A stretch of DNA of 59,244 nt, counting the filler. It is 5 parts of 5 records of this genome, joined end to end, with 100 filler letters (N's around TTAATTAATTAA, not from the genome) between each part and the next. Parts side by side here need not be neighbours in the genome. Positions count along the whole stretch, not along the records: positions 1 to 7,496 come from SRR2962707_921; positions 7,597 to 36,889 come from SRR2962707_922; 3 more parts are not named here. One strand, given 5' to 3'. Made by a program: the position numbers and the translations under genes. Below the pieces are notes generated by a model that was not told the DNA's origin, ran no database searches, and saw only the letters and a program-made list of their open reading frames with translations. Shown here in pieces: positions 1-11,378 of the stretch; the stretch's first letter is position 1; each line of letters starts with the position of its first letter.

Positions 1-26
1 ACACACACACACACACACACACACAC
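1..26. repeat. (AC)n microsatellite at contig end
   Basis: 13 perfect AC units; degenerate CA-rich sequence continues to about 180. Confidence 0.95.
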
Positions 27-495
27 GTACATGCACGGGGTCCAGATCCACTCACACCCTCTGCAACCACACCCAGTGCGCACACACACAACGGCACACA
101 CAGAAAACACAGCACACACACACACGGAGACGCGCACGCACGCACTCGTACGCACAGACAGGCACTCACACGCGCACACGCTGTCCGATCAATCGCGACA
201 ACTGCTGCGCGTGACGACGGTCACTCCCACGCTTACTTGAGCGGCTGCGCTGTTGCTTGAATCACTGAGGCGTGTCGTTGATCGGAACCCCATCCGAAGT
301 CGACAGTGGAAGAACCCAGGCGCGAGTCCCTGAAGAAGAGTTTTATTATTATTTATTATTTTTTTTTCAAAATTTTCGCTGTGCTTTTTTACCCTAACCG
401 TTGGGCCTGCTTGTGCCGTCGGTGGTTGACCGGGCCAACGTCCGGTCTGCGTGCGTGTGCGTGTGTGTGCGTGCGTTCGTGTGTGTCTGAAAAAA

Positions 496-3400
496 ATGTT
501 TTCAGCGCAGCTGGCGCAGCGCGGGGGGTCGCCCCCTCGGCTGCCAGATGTGATCTCGAAAAGGCTGCGCGAATGCTCGTTCCGCCAGCGACCTGGGAAC
601 GACATCCCAGCGAAGGACCGCATGCAACTGCTGCAGCCGCGCTTGTTTGAGGCAGTGCAGGCCGTTCAGTATGATGAAGCGGCAAACGAGGGCCTCGGTG
701 AAGGGCTCTGGGAGCTCGTGCTGGAAAGCATCGATTGCGTGGTGCAAGCTCTGGAAGAAGCTGTGGAGCAGGCCCCGTCGTTGGTCGATCCTCTACGCTC
801 ACGCAAGCGCGAAATTGTGTCTCCGCAATTCACCATTGCAGCGAACAGCGTCGTCTTTGTCTGCACGCGGTTGCGCGGGGTCACTTCGCCGCATATCCGC
901 ACTGCGTACTCGCAAATTGTTGAAGACTTTTTGGTGACGACCGTGCTACCTCGGGTGCGTGTGCTAAATTGCAACAAATGGGATGCTTTTTTGGGGGGTT
1001 TGCGAGTGTTGGCGTTGTGCCAACGGGTGAAGAAGTGCAACTTTGGTTGGCAGGTACGCGCCGGAGCGACTGCTGCACAGCGACTGCGATTGTACAAGGA
1101 TTGGTGGGAGCAACACAAAATATTCTCTGAGTTTACGCGGAGGTTTTTCATGGTCCACGACAAGCATGTGTTCAAGGTTCGAGTTGTGATGGCGTGAACG
1201 GTTGCCATGGGCAATGTTCCTTGCGTGTACCAACTCAACTCCAAATCACTCTCTGCACATACGGCTCATGTGTGAAGGACACTGGGGATCTATCGCTCTC
1301 GCAGCCAGATAGTCTCAGTGCTGCAGCCATACGGGGCTGGCACAATTGGCTTTTCGATCGACGAGACGTGAAAGACGAATTTATGCGCAGCTTTATGGAC
1401 ATTGTGAATCTTCATCGGGACAGGTGCGGAGGATTTATTGCCGTCTCGCACGAATGAGAGGACTTCATCGCGTCCTCCAACTGTGTTATGTGCTTGTTTC
1501 TTGTTCAAGTGATGCAGAGGATCCTGAAAGCCTGAGCTTGTTGCGTGAAGTGGTGGAAATCTTTGTATCGATGGGACTTGTTGAACAAACAGAATTCAAG
1601 AGAATAAAGTGCTTCGTTAGCTCGAGCCTGCTGACTCGGGGCCGCTTCGAAGTCCCAGTGCAAGTGCCACTTCTTGAATACCTGTATCAGTCAGATGTAA
1701 GTTTGCCATCGACGCGCTGAGCCGCAGGCTTTCTGTTTCAAAAACAAAGCTGCCTTGTAATTTGTAGCGCTTATCTCATTTCTCTTGTCAGGAGGACAGT
1801 ACACAACCTTGCTGCATCGACAGCACGGCGTCTCTGCAGTGCTACAAGGTTCGTGTGCCATTCATTCACGCTCCGATTTTTTTGTTTTTTTTGGTGGCCT
1901 TCGAATTGTGGTCTTACCGCGTGGGTTGTTCAAACCTGACCAGCGGGTGGAAGATAAGTTTCTGGAGGTCTCCCGAGAGTATCTGATGAATTGGCGACGG
2001 GAATGGGGCAGTGATACAACACTTGCAGAGTACGTGCAAGCTGCGACAATCTTGTTTTTTTTATTTGTGTGCCTGTCCATGTTGTCTGGAGAGTTCATCT
2101 TCGAGTTCTGAATGCCAGGTATGCGCGTCATGTGGACCGGTTTATTCGGTCAGAGCAGCGGCGTGTCAAAGCTTATCTCGTCGAGACGACCTGGCCACGC
2201 TTGATCAAGTACGTCGATTTATTGCGTTGTCGGCAGCGCCTGCATTGCATATATGCAATTAATTGCGACGTTTCTGTTGTGTATTAGCTGCATTGTGGAA
2301 GAACTTCTCGTTGCAGCTCAACGCGAGCCGCACTGCTTGGTCAACCTCGGGGGCGAAGGTCATACAGCGCAAGATTTAATGCACAGCGACCGACGAAAAG
2401 ACCTTCGGTATGTCACCATGCTTGCAGTAGAAAGCCACGTCATTTGACCGAACGGTATTTTGACTTTGCTGACCGCTCGCAATGCAGGGTGGTTTTCTTA
2501 CACCTTCTTCGGGTCGAAGAGTGGAGTCAAGCGCGCCGGGGAAAGCCCGAATCACCGGATTTTGTAAAGGTGATTTCCCTGGTGAAGCCGAGGTGCTTGT
2601 CATGCGCGCACCCAGCTCAATTCAGCCTTGGCTGTGCTCACTATATCTGGCTTTGCTGGCAGGATGATGTGCCAAATGAAAATATTGGGCTGGAACCACT
2701 TGTCAATTCCTTTGCTGCATTTTGCATATCACTCAGCAAAGAGGCCGCAAATAAATATCTGTGCGTTGTCAGCTCACAGTTCAGCGCATGCCATGCGCGA
2801 CGCCTGTCGCAGAGTGCTCTGTAATAGCTACTGTCCTGTGTGTGCGATGCAGCTCGGTTGTTGCAAGGCCTCAAAACGCCAACGCCGGGCTGAGGGTATC
2901 GCAGTCAGTCGTTAATTCTGCCGCTGCTGCCATGCACCTCGTCCTTGCTCTGGGCGAAATTCTAGCTCGGTTAAGAGACATGGCGGCAACCGACTTCGCC
3001 GAGCGGGTAATGGTGATCCGCAAGCTGCATGGCCTGCGTGAGCTTCAACGGCGATGACTCGGCTTCACTCACGCAACACCATCTGTTGTTTATGCTTGTC
3101 GGTGCAGCCTTCTCGGTTTCGACGTTCGATTGAAGCTGCGATGGCAAGGGTGGTGAACCGCAAGGAGTTGCAACTTCACTCTGGCTTGGCACATTGTCTC
3201 GATAGCATTCTGAGAGGAACTGTCCAGGTACGCATGCAATGACATCGAAAACGCCTTTCTGTGAAAATTCAATCCATACGTTGTGCTCAATGAATTGTTT
3301 GGTGCGCACTGTTTGTGCAAAGTCCCCCACGGACATTGGAGAGATGGATGTGTCCAAACGAATGGAACTGGGTTCACGAACCATCGCTATTTTCGAGTTT

Positions 3401-5364
3401 TTGCATGACAAGGATATGTTCCAGCAAGTGTACACCATATTGCTACAGCAGCGATTGCTGGAATCGCGGGAAGTCTACAACGTCGCGGCCAATCTTGAGC
3501 TGGAGCACAAGTTTTTGCACCTTTTGCTGGAGGTGCGTTGGTTTGAAGTAGAACGCACCTATCTCCGATGGCACTGCTCCGTGGCTCGCAGCGTGAACAC
3601 TTGGCGGTCTTGTTTAGGTTCAGGATATTACGTTCACCAAAGGCATGCAAAACATGATTGACGATATTACGTCTGATTCAAGCAAGGAGTTACAACGGGT
3701 GAGCTGCTCTCTTGCGCCGGAGCGTGGCAATGGCTGACGCGGTGAAGCGATGCTTTCAGTTTTATTTTGGGCTATTCTTTTAGGACTTCACGAAATTTCT
3801 TGGGAATTTGCCAAAGCAGTCTGTGGAACAGCTGCCCAGGTCATCACAGGTTAAACAAACGTCGAAAGTCGAACTTTGCCAACTCTGCGTTGGACTGAAT
3901 ATGGATTTTTCCTGACGTTGGCTGTGCACTCTTTGACAGGTGTTAGTTCTCACCAAAACCTCGTGGCCACAAGCAGCGGTCAACACGCCACTAAGAAATC
4001 CGCCGACCGCTCTGAGAGATTTGTCGAGTTCCTTCCTGAATTTTTACAAGGTATGGCGAGCTAACCGAGTCAGTGTGTCTCTCTTTGCTCCGCGGTACGA
4101 CGTGATTGATTCGTTGCGCGTTTGCACGGTCTAGACGCATCATGCTCATCGCGAGGTGATGTGTCATTGGAACGACACGTGCGTCGTGCTGCAAGCCACT
4201 TTTCCAAAGCAGCCGTCGTGCGAATTTCACGTCACCGCGGTCCAGGCTACATTGCTGAATGTTTTCCGCAAAAAGAAAAAAGTTTGTGCTTGGCCTGTGC
4301 ATTGATCTCTCAGTTTGAGTTGTTTTCCGAATTTGGAGCGCCAGTTTGACTGCGTTTCGATTTTGACACCCGGCGCCACAGGTTGTGAGCTTACACGACA
4401 TTGCGCGGCAGTTCGACTTTGCATGTGCGTGTGCGTGCCGATGTACCGCGTGTGTTTGAAGTTCGCCAGCATTTGTTTGCAAACATGGATTGGAACTGAG
4501 ATAACGGCCATCTTGCTTGTTGTGGTGCAGTTGACGAACACGCAAGAGATATTGTGGACGTAGACGAAAAGGTGTGCCATCTGGTTTCACTGCAAGTGCT
4601 TGGAAACGTTGTCATGTCATCCGTTGACTGTGGCGGTGATCGTTGTAGGCTCTTGTTGATGCGGTCTTGGACACTTTTACGAACAAGGCAAAAGCCCCGT
4701 CAAATTGTAAAGGCCAGGCACTTATCCTCATATCTACGGCCAAAGTAGACAAAGCCAAAGACTCCTGCAGTGAAACACTGTACGTCGCCGAACGCGTTCC
4801 ACATCATTTGAGCTGTGCTAGTTCTGGTTGACGGTGTTGTGCGTCTTGCGTGTAGGTACAAGCTGAACAAAAACTTTACCCCTCATGGGCGGCGTGTTAT
4901 TTTTGAAAAGCCAAGTATTAGCGGAAACATCAACGATGCTTCCAGCAACGCGCACCGAGAGCGCATGACGGTCTGTTTGGTATTTCATTTGCCCACCGAG
5001 GCAGAAAATTTGAAATGTAGTGCTTCACGCTCATGGATCGGCCATGTGATGGCTTCTGACAGGCACTTCGAATGCCAGTTGTGATGGCTGCCGCAGTGAG
5101 AATACTGAAGTCCAGGAGTTTGATGCAGCATGCAGACCTTTTCGGCGCCCTATGCTCCGACATCACGATTTTTCGTTGTGACAAGCGCATGTACGTGTTG
5201 TCATGAACTGTAATCCCGTTGCTCGTCCTGTATTTATTTTGTAGCCAACGCATTGTTCGTTCGCTCCCCACGGCAGGTTCAGACAGTGCATGCAAGATTT
5301 GATTGACCGCAGCTACGTTCGGCGCGACGACGAGGATCATGGACTTTATCATTATGTTGCTTGA
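496..5364 (+). CDS. Cullin (multi-exon, eukaryotic; internal exon boundaries only partly resolved)
   Basis: Exon translations include LLREVVEIFVSMG, HDKDMFQQVYTILLQQRLL, VLTKTSWP...FLNFYK, YKLNKNF, the neddylation motif AAAVRILKSR (Lys codon 5108-5110) and C-terminal QDLIDRSYVRRDDEDHGLYHYVA* (TGA 5362-5364). Many short GT-AG introns. Confidence 0.9.
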
Positions 5365-5376
5365 CGAGGCTGCTCC

Positions 5377-7406
5377 TCATGCATCCTGCCTTGTCAGAAA
5401 TGCGCTCGGGCCGCGCAGTTTGAGTTTTGTGTAAGCTGACAGTACCTCTGCGTTCAATTTCGCCGTCGAAACGGTTGGGTGCAAAAACTCGGTGGTAAAA
5501 TGTTGCACTTCCGCCAGTTGCTGCTCCGAGCTGGAGTTTCCACCCACGGCACTGTCCAGCTTCAAGGCCTGCTCCGCCAGTCGTGCAGCGCGGGGATCAG
5601 CGACGTTGCTTGGATCGACCACCACGGAGTAACGAATCCACGCTGCGACCATATTTGAAATAATCTGCCAACGAACGGCAACAACAACACCACGATCACA
5701 CTTATCAGGGATCGTGCATTTGCTGACAAGCAATCGAACATTGTGCACGACAGAGAAACACCACGTTGCCGATGTTGACCTCGTGGTTGTGGCTCAAATC
5801 ATTCAGGCGCTGCTTCTCTTTTAGAATCGGGACAATCCACCCAACAAACTTCTTCGAGCTATCTTCACAAAGCCGTGATACTTGGTCGGAGATATCAGGA
5901 TTCGCAAACCGCCGCAGCAGCCCAGCCTGGACGATCAATTCGATGCTGCCATGAGCGCAACCACAGTAAGCGCATTCAAACGTCCAATCGTGTCCAACCA
6001 AAACACACCTTGTATTCAGTCAGGTCCACGCCTGGTACCGCTGGGACAGTATGGGTGACGCTTTCCATATAGCTACACACATATGAGGCAATGGATGGGT
6101 CGGTCATTGCAGCGTCCACTGTCTGAAAGCCAGCCAGCGTGGCGATGTGAGCAAGCGCCAGATGCCCTCCATTCAACAGGCGCAGCTTCATTTCTTCAAA
6201 AGGAGCCACATCCGGAACAAACATGACGTTGTTTCTCTCCACGGACTCCCAAGCGGGTCTGCCAGCAATGAAGTCTTCCTCGACCACCCACTGCAGAAGG
6301 CAGACACCGATGGGTCACATCGTCGAACCCACACGGCAACGCTAATCAAGGGCAAACCAGCAACAAGGACGGCACACCTGTGTAAAATCTTCTGCAATGA
6401 CAGGCCATGCGTCGTCAACGCCACATTCCTCACAGAATCGTTGCTTGAACGCCGCGGTTGTTGCTGGTGTAATCCGGTCGACCATGGAGTTTGGGAAGGC
6501 ACAACTCCTGCGTGGATACAACCGAGATGGAAAGGTGATTAAGGTGGTCCATCATCTGCAATGATTCAAAAATACAATCCAACAGCACGCGCTACTGTAC
6601 CTGGTCCCAGATTCACAATTCCCGACCCAATCAGCCGTTGATGGGGCTGCCTCGTCCAGAAAAGACATCACAACTTGTCGCAGGACTTTTCCGTTGTGCT
6701 GCAGATTATCACAAGAAAGCAGCGTTATCGAGGCAGCCTCATTGCGATGCCGGGACACAAGCCCTGCCGCAAGCAGCCCCAGTGCAGTCTGAAACTTTTC
6801 CTGTGCCTCATTCCCGGCCGCAAGTGCCTTTACGATGGCCACATCGCTCTGCACATCCGCCCGGTCAAAGTCAAGGTTCCCGTCCGCGTCTTGGCAGTAC
6901 CCCTTTTCCGTGATGGTCAGCGACGCGATCTTGGTGGTCGGTGCGCGCAGGAGCCCCAGCGCTCTCTGTTGGCTGTCGAAGCCAGCTCTCGGCAGCCAGT
7001 CGAACGCTGCGAGACTGCCAACAATTCGACGGTCTGCCCCACCAGGCAGCGTCAAGAGCCCGAACAAACCATCCTGCGCTTGCAGCGCCTCTGCCGCAGC
7101 ACGCTCCGCGGGCGTGTCCATGACTCCGACCCCGTGAATGAGCCACTGCGGAGGAAGAGCAGAAGCTGATGAGTCTCGAGAATCCTTGTCGCCGGTGTTG
7201 ACTGCTGTTGCGTGTTCCTGCTCAAGAAGTGCATCGGTGTTGGCTGCGAGGTGCGATTTGAAGAAATTGCCGACGCCCAAGTGAGCGATTCCGGGCGCCG
7301 CCAGCGCCACGGCGTCTCGTGGATACGACGGGACCGACACGCGACCCGCTGCGCGAATGGAATTCAGCGCAGCCTGAGTCAAGCGAACGGCAGCTGCGCG
7401 CTGCAT
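5377..7406 (-). CDS. Long-chain mannitol 2-dehydrogenase family protein (about 5 exons)
   Basis: Motifs HLGVGNF, SLTITEKGY, LLSCDN, FPNSMVDRITP, WVVEEDF, EEMKLRLLNGGH, RFANP, VAAWIRY. GT-AG introns at 6508-6600, 6291-6377 and 5927-6008 restore the frame. Confidence 0.92.
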
Positions 7407-7468
7407 GACTCTTTGAAACGCTGCTGCCTTGCACCTTCTGTCTCTCTCGTTGCCTCCCAACACCGGTG

Positions 7469-7496
7469 CTTCCTTCCTTCCTTCCTTCCTTCCTTC
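7469..7496. repeat. (CTTC)n microsatellite at contig end
   Basis: Tandem cttc units run into the N spacer. Confidence 0.9.
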
Positions 7497-7596
7497 NNNN
7501 NNNNNNNNNNNNNNNNNNNNNNNNNNNNNNNNNNNNNNNNTTAATTAATTAANNNNNNNNNNNNNNNNNNNNNNNNNNNNNNNNNNNNNNNNNNNN
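7497..7596. other. Artificial contig spacer
   Basis: N44 + TTAATTAATTAA (stops in all six frames) + N44. Confidence 0.99.
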
Positions 7597-7716
7597 GTTA
7601 TGGAAGCCCCCTGCCCCACAATCCTCAAAGCCAGTGCCTTAAGCGGGACCATGAACGGTCTGGCGGCTTTGACCTTTCCCTTGACCCTTAGTAGGCGTAC
7701 ATGAGCCATGTTTCCT

Positions 7717-9555
7717 CTACCTCAAGGCGCGCAGCGCATTCAAGATTACGGCCACATCGATGAGTTCCTGCAGCAGAGCGCCTTGAACTGGCGATAAGTA
7801 GCCAAGGGCGGCTGCAACCATCGCCAGGATGGACAGGCCCAGGCCAGCCACTACGCTTTGTAGCGCGATGCCCCGCGTCCGCTTCGCAATGGTGATCGCT
7901 TTGGCAAGAGGGGCGAGTTCATCGACCAGCAGAACGACGCCTGCAGCGTCCGATGAAGCCGCAGTCCCACGGGCGCCCATCGCCACACCGACATCGGCGG
8001 CGGCCAACGCGGGCGCGTCGTTGACTCCATCTCCGACCATCATGGTGTGACCGCCAGCGGCCTCTTGCCTGATGACCGCAACCTTTCCCGCTGGGTCGAG
8101 GCTGCCCAGCACCATATCGACGCCAAGGCTCCTGCCGACAGACTCGGCGATCGCGGAGCGATCACCTGACGCCAGTACAATCCGGCGCACACCCGCGGAG
8201 CGCAGGTTGCTCAGCAACTGACCCGCGTCGCTGCGCACGCGATCCTCAAGTACAATAAGTCCCGCAAGGATCCCATCACAGGACACAGCAACGGTCATCA
8301 GGTCGGGCGGGATGCCATGTTGGTCGGGTGTAGGACCAGCTGCGTCGACCCATCGGACAATGTAGGCCTCAGACCCTACGGCTACCGTCCTGGCGTCGAC
8401 AAGGCCGACGAGACCCGCGCCGGCCGTCTCGTCAACCCCATGGGGGACTGACAATGTGAGCCCACGTTTCGTGGCTTCCTCGATCAGCGCTGCGGCGACG
8501 ACATGGCTCGAAGCCTGGTCAAGGCTCGCAGCGAGACGCAGGACCTCATTCTCGCTGAATCCACTGGACGCTCGAATGACTGACACTGTTGCGCGGCCAT
8601 GTGTCAACGTGCCGGTCTTGTCGAGAACGACCGTTTCGATGCGTGCCATCGCCTCAAGAATGCCCCCTCCCTTGACCAACACCCCGATACGGGCGGCACG
8701 CGAAATGCCCGAGATGATGGCCACGGGCACAGCGAGGATCAGCGGGCACGGCGTGGCGACGACCAGCACGCTCAGCGCGCGGATCGGGTCGCCTGTCACG
8801 AACCAGGCAGCCGAGGCGACGGTGACAGTGAAGGCCAGGAACCAGATAGCATAGCGATCGGCGAGCCTGACCATCGGCGCCTTGCTCGCCTGCGCGCCTT
8901 CAACCAGCCGAACGATTGAGGCATAAGTGCTATCGGCCGCAGGGCGGCTGGCGATCAAATCGAACGGTGCGCCAACCGAGGTAGCGCCGCTCAGGCCCTC
9001 GCCGCCCGGCGCGACCTGCTCAGGCATCGACTCGCCGGTCAGGGCGGAAAGGTCGAGCATGGCGGTGGATGTCGCAACGTGGCCATCCACCGGGAGCGTT
9101 TCACCCTTGCGGATCAACAGGCGGTCTCCCGGCACGATCTGCGAGATCGGCACCTCGTCCAGATCGTCCTTGCCATAGCGCATGGCGGTGCTGGCGACGC
9201 GGCCAAGGAGCGCTGTCATCTCGCGCCGCGCACGGCCCTGCGCAAACAATTCCAGCAACTGACCGCCGGCATACATCAATGCAACGACGTTGCCCGCCAG
9301 CGTCTCGCCGAAAACCAGCGCAGCGGTCATCGACAAGGCCGCCACCAGATCCAGACCCACGTCGCCACGACGCAGCGACCCGATGATCTCGATCACAAGC
9401 GCGAGCAGGACGGGAAGAGTTGCAGCTCCCCAGATCAGCCCGGACAGGTCCGTGCGGCCGAGCCAGAAGGCGGCAGCGCCACTTGTCAGCCCCAGCAGGG
9501 CAATTGCAACAAGGCCGTACTGGCGCATCCCAAACCAGCCTGCGCCCGGCCCCAT
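7717..9555 (-). CDS. Heavy-metal P1B-type ATPase, P1B-5-like (start may be 9555 or 9528)
   Basis: LTGES, VATPCPL, DKTGTLT, GDGVNDAP, and last-helix QELID (QExxD). Confidence 0.93.
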   Translation of the reverse strand: MGPGAGWFGMRQYGLVAIALLGLTSGAAAFWLGRTDLSGLIWGAATLPVLLALVIEIIGSLRRGDVGLDLVAALSMTAALVFGETLAGNVVALMYAGGQLLELFAQGRARREMTALLGRVASTAMRYGKDDLDEVPISQIVPGDRLLIRKGETLPVDGHVATSTAMLDLSALTGESMPEQVAPGGEGLSGATSVGAPFDLIASRPAADSTYASIVRLVEGAQASKAPMVRLADRYAIWFLAFTVTVASAAWFVTGDPIRALSVLVVATPCPLILAVPVAIISGISRAARIGVLVKGGGILEAMARIETVVLDKTGTLTHGRATVSVIRASSGFSENEVLRLAASLDQASSHVVAAALIEEATKRGLTLSVPHGVDETAGAGLVGLVDARTVAVGSEAYIVRWVDAAGPTPDQHGIPPDLMTVAVSCDGILAGLIVLEDRVRSDAGQLLSNLRSAGVRRIVLASGDRSAIAESVGRSLGVDMVLGSLDPAGKVAVIRQEAAGGHTMMVGDGVNDAPALAAADVGVAMGARGTAASSDAAGVVLLVDELAPLAKAITIAKRTRGIALQSVVAGLGLSILAMVAAALGYLSPVQGALLQELIDVAVILNALRALR

Positions 9556-9560
9556 CGCGT

Positions 9561-9971
9561 TCAAGCGCCAATGCCTGCTCGACACGTCCCGGTCAGCGGC
9601 ACGGACAGAGCGAGCGTGTTGGAGATGGTGCCGTATTTGCGCACATTGGTGTGCAACAGCTCCAGGCGGCGTGTCGGCTCGTCCGTATCCACAATCAATT
9701 CGTAGTCGATGGAGACCAGCAGCGGCGGCGCGTCCTGCCGCACCGCGCGCAGGCGGACGCTGACCGCCCGGAACTGGAAGTCGAGCATTGGCGCACTGCG
9801 CTCAACGCCCTTGATCATGCAGGCGGCAAGAGATGCCAACAGCAGCTCGACGGGATTGAACGCGTCGTTTCGCCCGACCAGTGCGGTATCGAGTTGAACC
9901 TCCGCGGCCCGCGCCGAAGCGATGCTCCCCGATGGGCCCTGCCGCATGGCCGTTACCGCATAATCGAGCAT
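9561..9971 (-). CDS. OsmC/Ohr family protein
   Basis: NPVELLLASLAAC motif; 136 aa; the second Cys is absent (KYGTISNTL). Confidence 0.85.
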   Translation of the reverse strand: MLDYAVTAMRQGPSGSIASARAAEVQLDTALVGRNDAFNPVELLLASLAACMIKGVERSAPMLDFQFRAVSVRLRAVRQDAPPLLVSIDYELIVDTDEPTRRLELLHTNVRKYGTISNTLALSVPLTGTCRAGIGA

Positions 9972-10023
9972 GGCTGGTCTCGCTTTGAGTGGACGAACTT
10001 ATCCCGGTGGTCGCTACGACGGC

Positions 10024-10037
10024 TTGATCAGAATCAA
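10024..10037. promoter_or_regulatory. FixK/FNR box (perfect consensus) upstream of the osmC-ATPase pair
   Basis: ggc-TTGAT-caga-ATCAA-gcc, about 55 bp upstream of the 9971 start; overlaps the permease stop codon. Confidence 0.85.
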
Positions 10038-11371
10038 GCCTTGCTTTGATTGAGCCCCCGCGCTCGCAGCGCGACATGAAGGCACACAATGCCGGCAAGC
10101 ATCGCGCCGGCCAGCACCGGCGCCTGCCAGTCCCCAGAACTTGCGCGCACCACAATCAGCGCGACACAGACCATGGCACCTGATGCCGGGACCCATCGTG
10201 GCACCTCGAATTTCCCATTCGTCTCGCCAGGGCGACCCTGCAGCATGAACAACGCGGCATTGACGACAGCGAACACGACCAGCAGCAGCAATACCGACGC
10301 CGATGCCAGCTGGGCGATGCTGCCGAAGAAGGCCAATGGAATGAGCAGGACCAGCAGGACGGCCGTCGCCATGTGCGGCGTCTGCGTGCGGTGGTGCACC
10401 AGTCCGAGCGCCTTGGGAAGCAGGCCCTGTCGGGCTATACCATAGACCATGCGCGAACTGGTGACGTAGTTGACCAGCGCCGTGTTGGCGACTGCAAACA
10501 GGGTAATGCCGGTAAATACCAGCGCCGGGATGGTCGGTGCAGCGCGCTGCATGACCTCAGTCAATGGGGCTGGCGCCAGGGCGAGCTCCTGCCACGGCAC
10601 GACAGACACGGCCGTGATAGCCACGGCGACATAGATCAGTGCTCCGATCAACATCGCCGATACCAGCGAGATTGGAATGGCCCGCTGTGGATCATGGCAC
10701 TCTTCAGCGATATTGAGTGTGTCCTCGAAGCCGATGAAGGCAAAGAAGGTCAGCACCGCCCCCTGAAACACCAGCACGACCAAGGCGTCCCCGCCGATCA
10801 TATTGGGCGTCTCCAGCAGATCAACCGAACCCCAATAGGGAATGCCGACGGCAATGACCAGAAGCAGTCCGGCAGCCTCGATCAGAGTACAGACAACGTT
10901 GACCCACATCGATTCCCGGATGCCGCGCAGCACCAGACTCGTGAGGATGAGCAGAAATCCTATGGCAATGGCCCAGACGGGCAAGAACGTCAGCTCGAGC
11001 AGGGCGCTCAGGTTGACCGCGAAGACCTGGGACTGCGTTGCGATCGATGTCAGTCCCGAACAAACGACGGCCAGCCCAACCACGAAGCTGAGCAACGGCA
11101 TGCCGAAAGCCCGCTCCGCCACATAGGCCGCGCCGCCTGCACGCGGATAGCGCGACCCCAGTGAGGCGTAGGACAGAGCGGTCAGCAGAGCCGCGATCAT
11201 GGCAACGAGAAACGCCAGCCAGACGGCATTGCCGGTCTGGCCGGCAGCCTGGCCGATCAGGCCGTAAATGCCTGATCCGAGCATGCTGCCCAGGCCATAG
11301 AGTGTCAGCTGGAACGGGCCGACCGACCGGCGCAGCGCTGAAGGTTGAGCAACAACGCTTGTCTCAGTCAC
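10034..11371 (-). CDS. APC-superfamily amino acid permease
   Basis: GSMLGSGIY, FAFIGFE and about 12 hydrophobic segments; GTG start at 11371 just after the SDR stop. Confidence 0.92.
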   Translation of the reverse strand: MTETSVVAQPSALRRSVGPFQLTLYGLGSMLGSGIYGLIGQAAGQTGNAVWLAFLVAMIAALLTALSYASLGSRYPRAGGAAYVAERAFGMPLLSFVVGLAVVCSGLTSIATQSQVFAVNLSALLELTFLPVWAIAIGFLLILTSLVLRGIRESMWVNVVCTLIEAAGLLLVIAVGIPYWGSVDLLETPNMIGGDALVVLVFQGAVLTFFAFIGFEDTLNIAEECHDPQRAIPISLVSAMLIGALIYVAVAITAVSVVPWQELALAPAPLTEVMQRAAPTIPALVFTGITLFAVANTALVNYVTSSRMVYGIARQGLLPKALGLVHHRTQTPHMATAVLLVLLIPLAFFGSIAQLASASVLLLLVVFAVVNAALFMLQGRPGETNGKFEVPRWVPASGAMVCVALIVVRASSGDWQAPVLAGAMLAGIVCLHVALRARGLNQSKA

Positions 11372-11378
11372 CTGCGGA

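Noticed and set aside
7541-7552. Repeated TTAATTAATTAA palindrome (4 copies in the window)
   Set aside because: Synthetic six-frame stop linker inside N runs; not biological.
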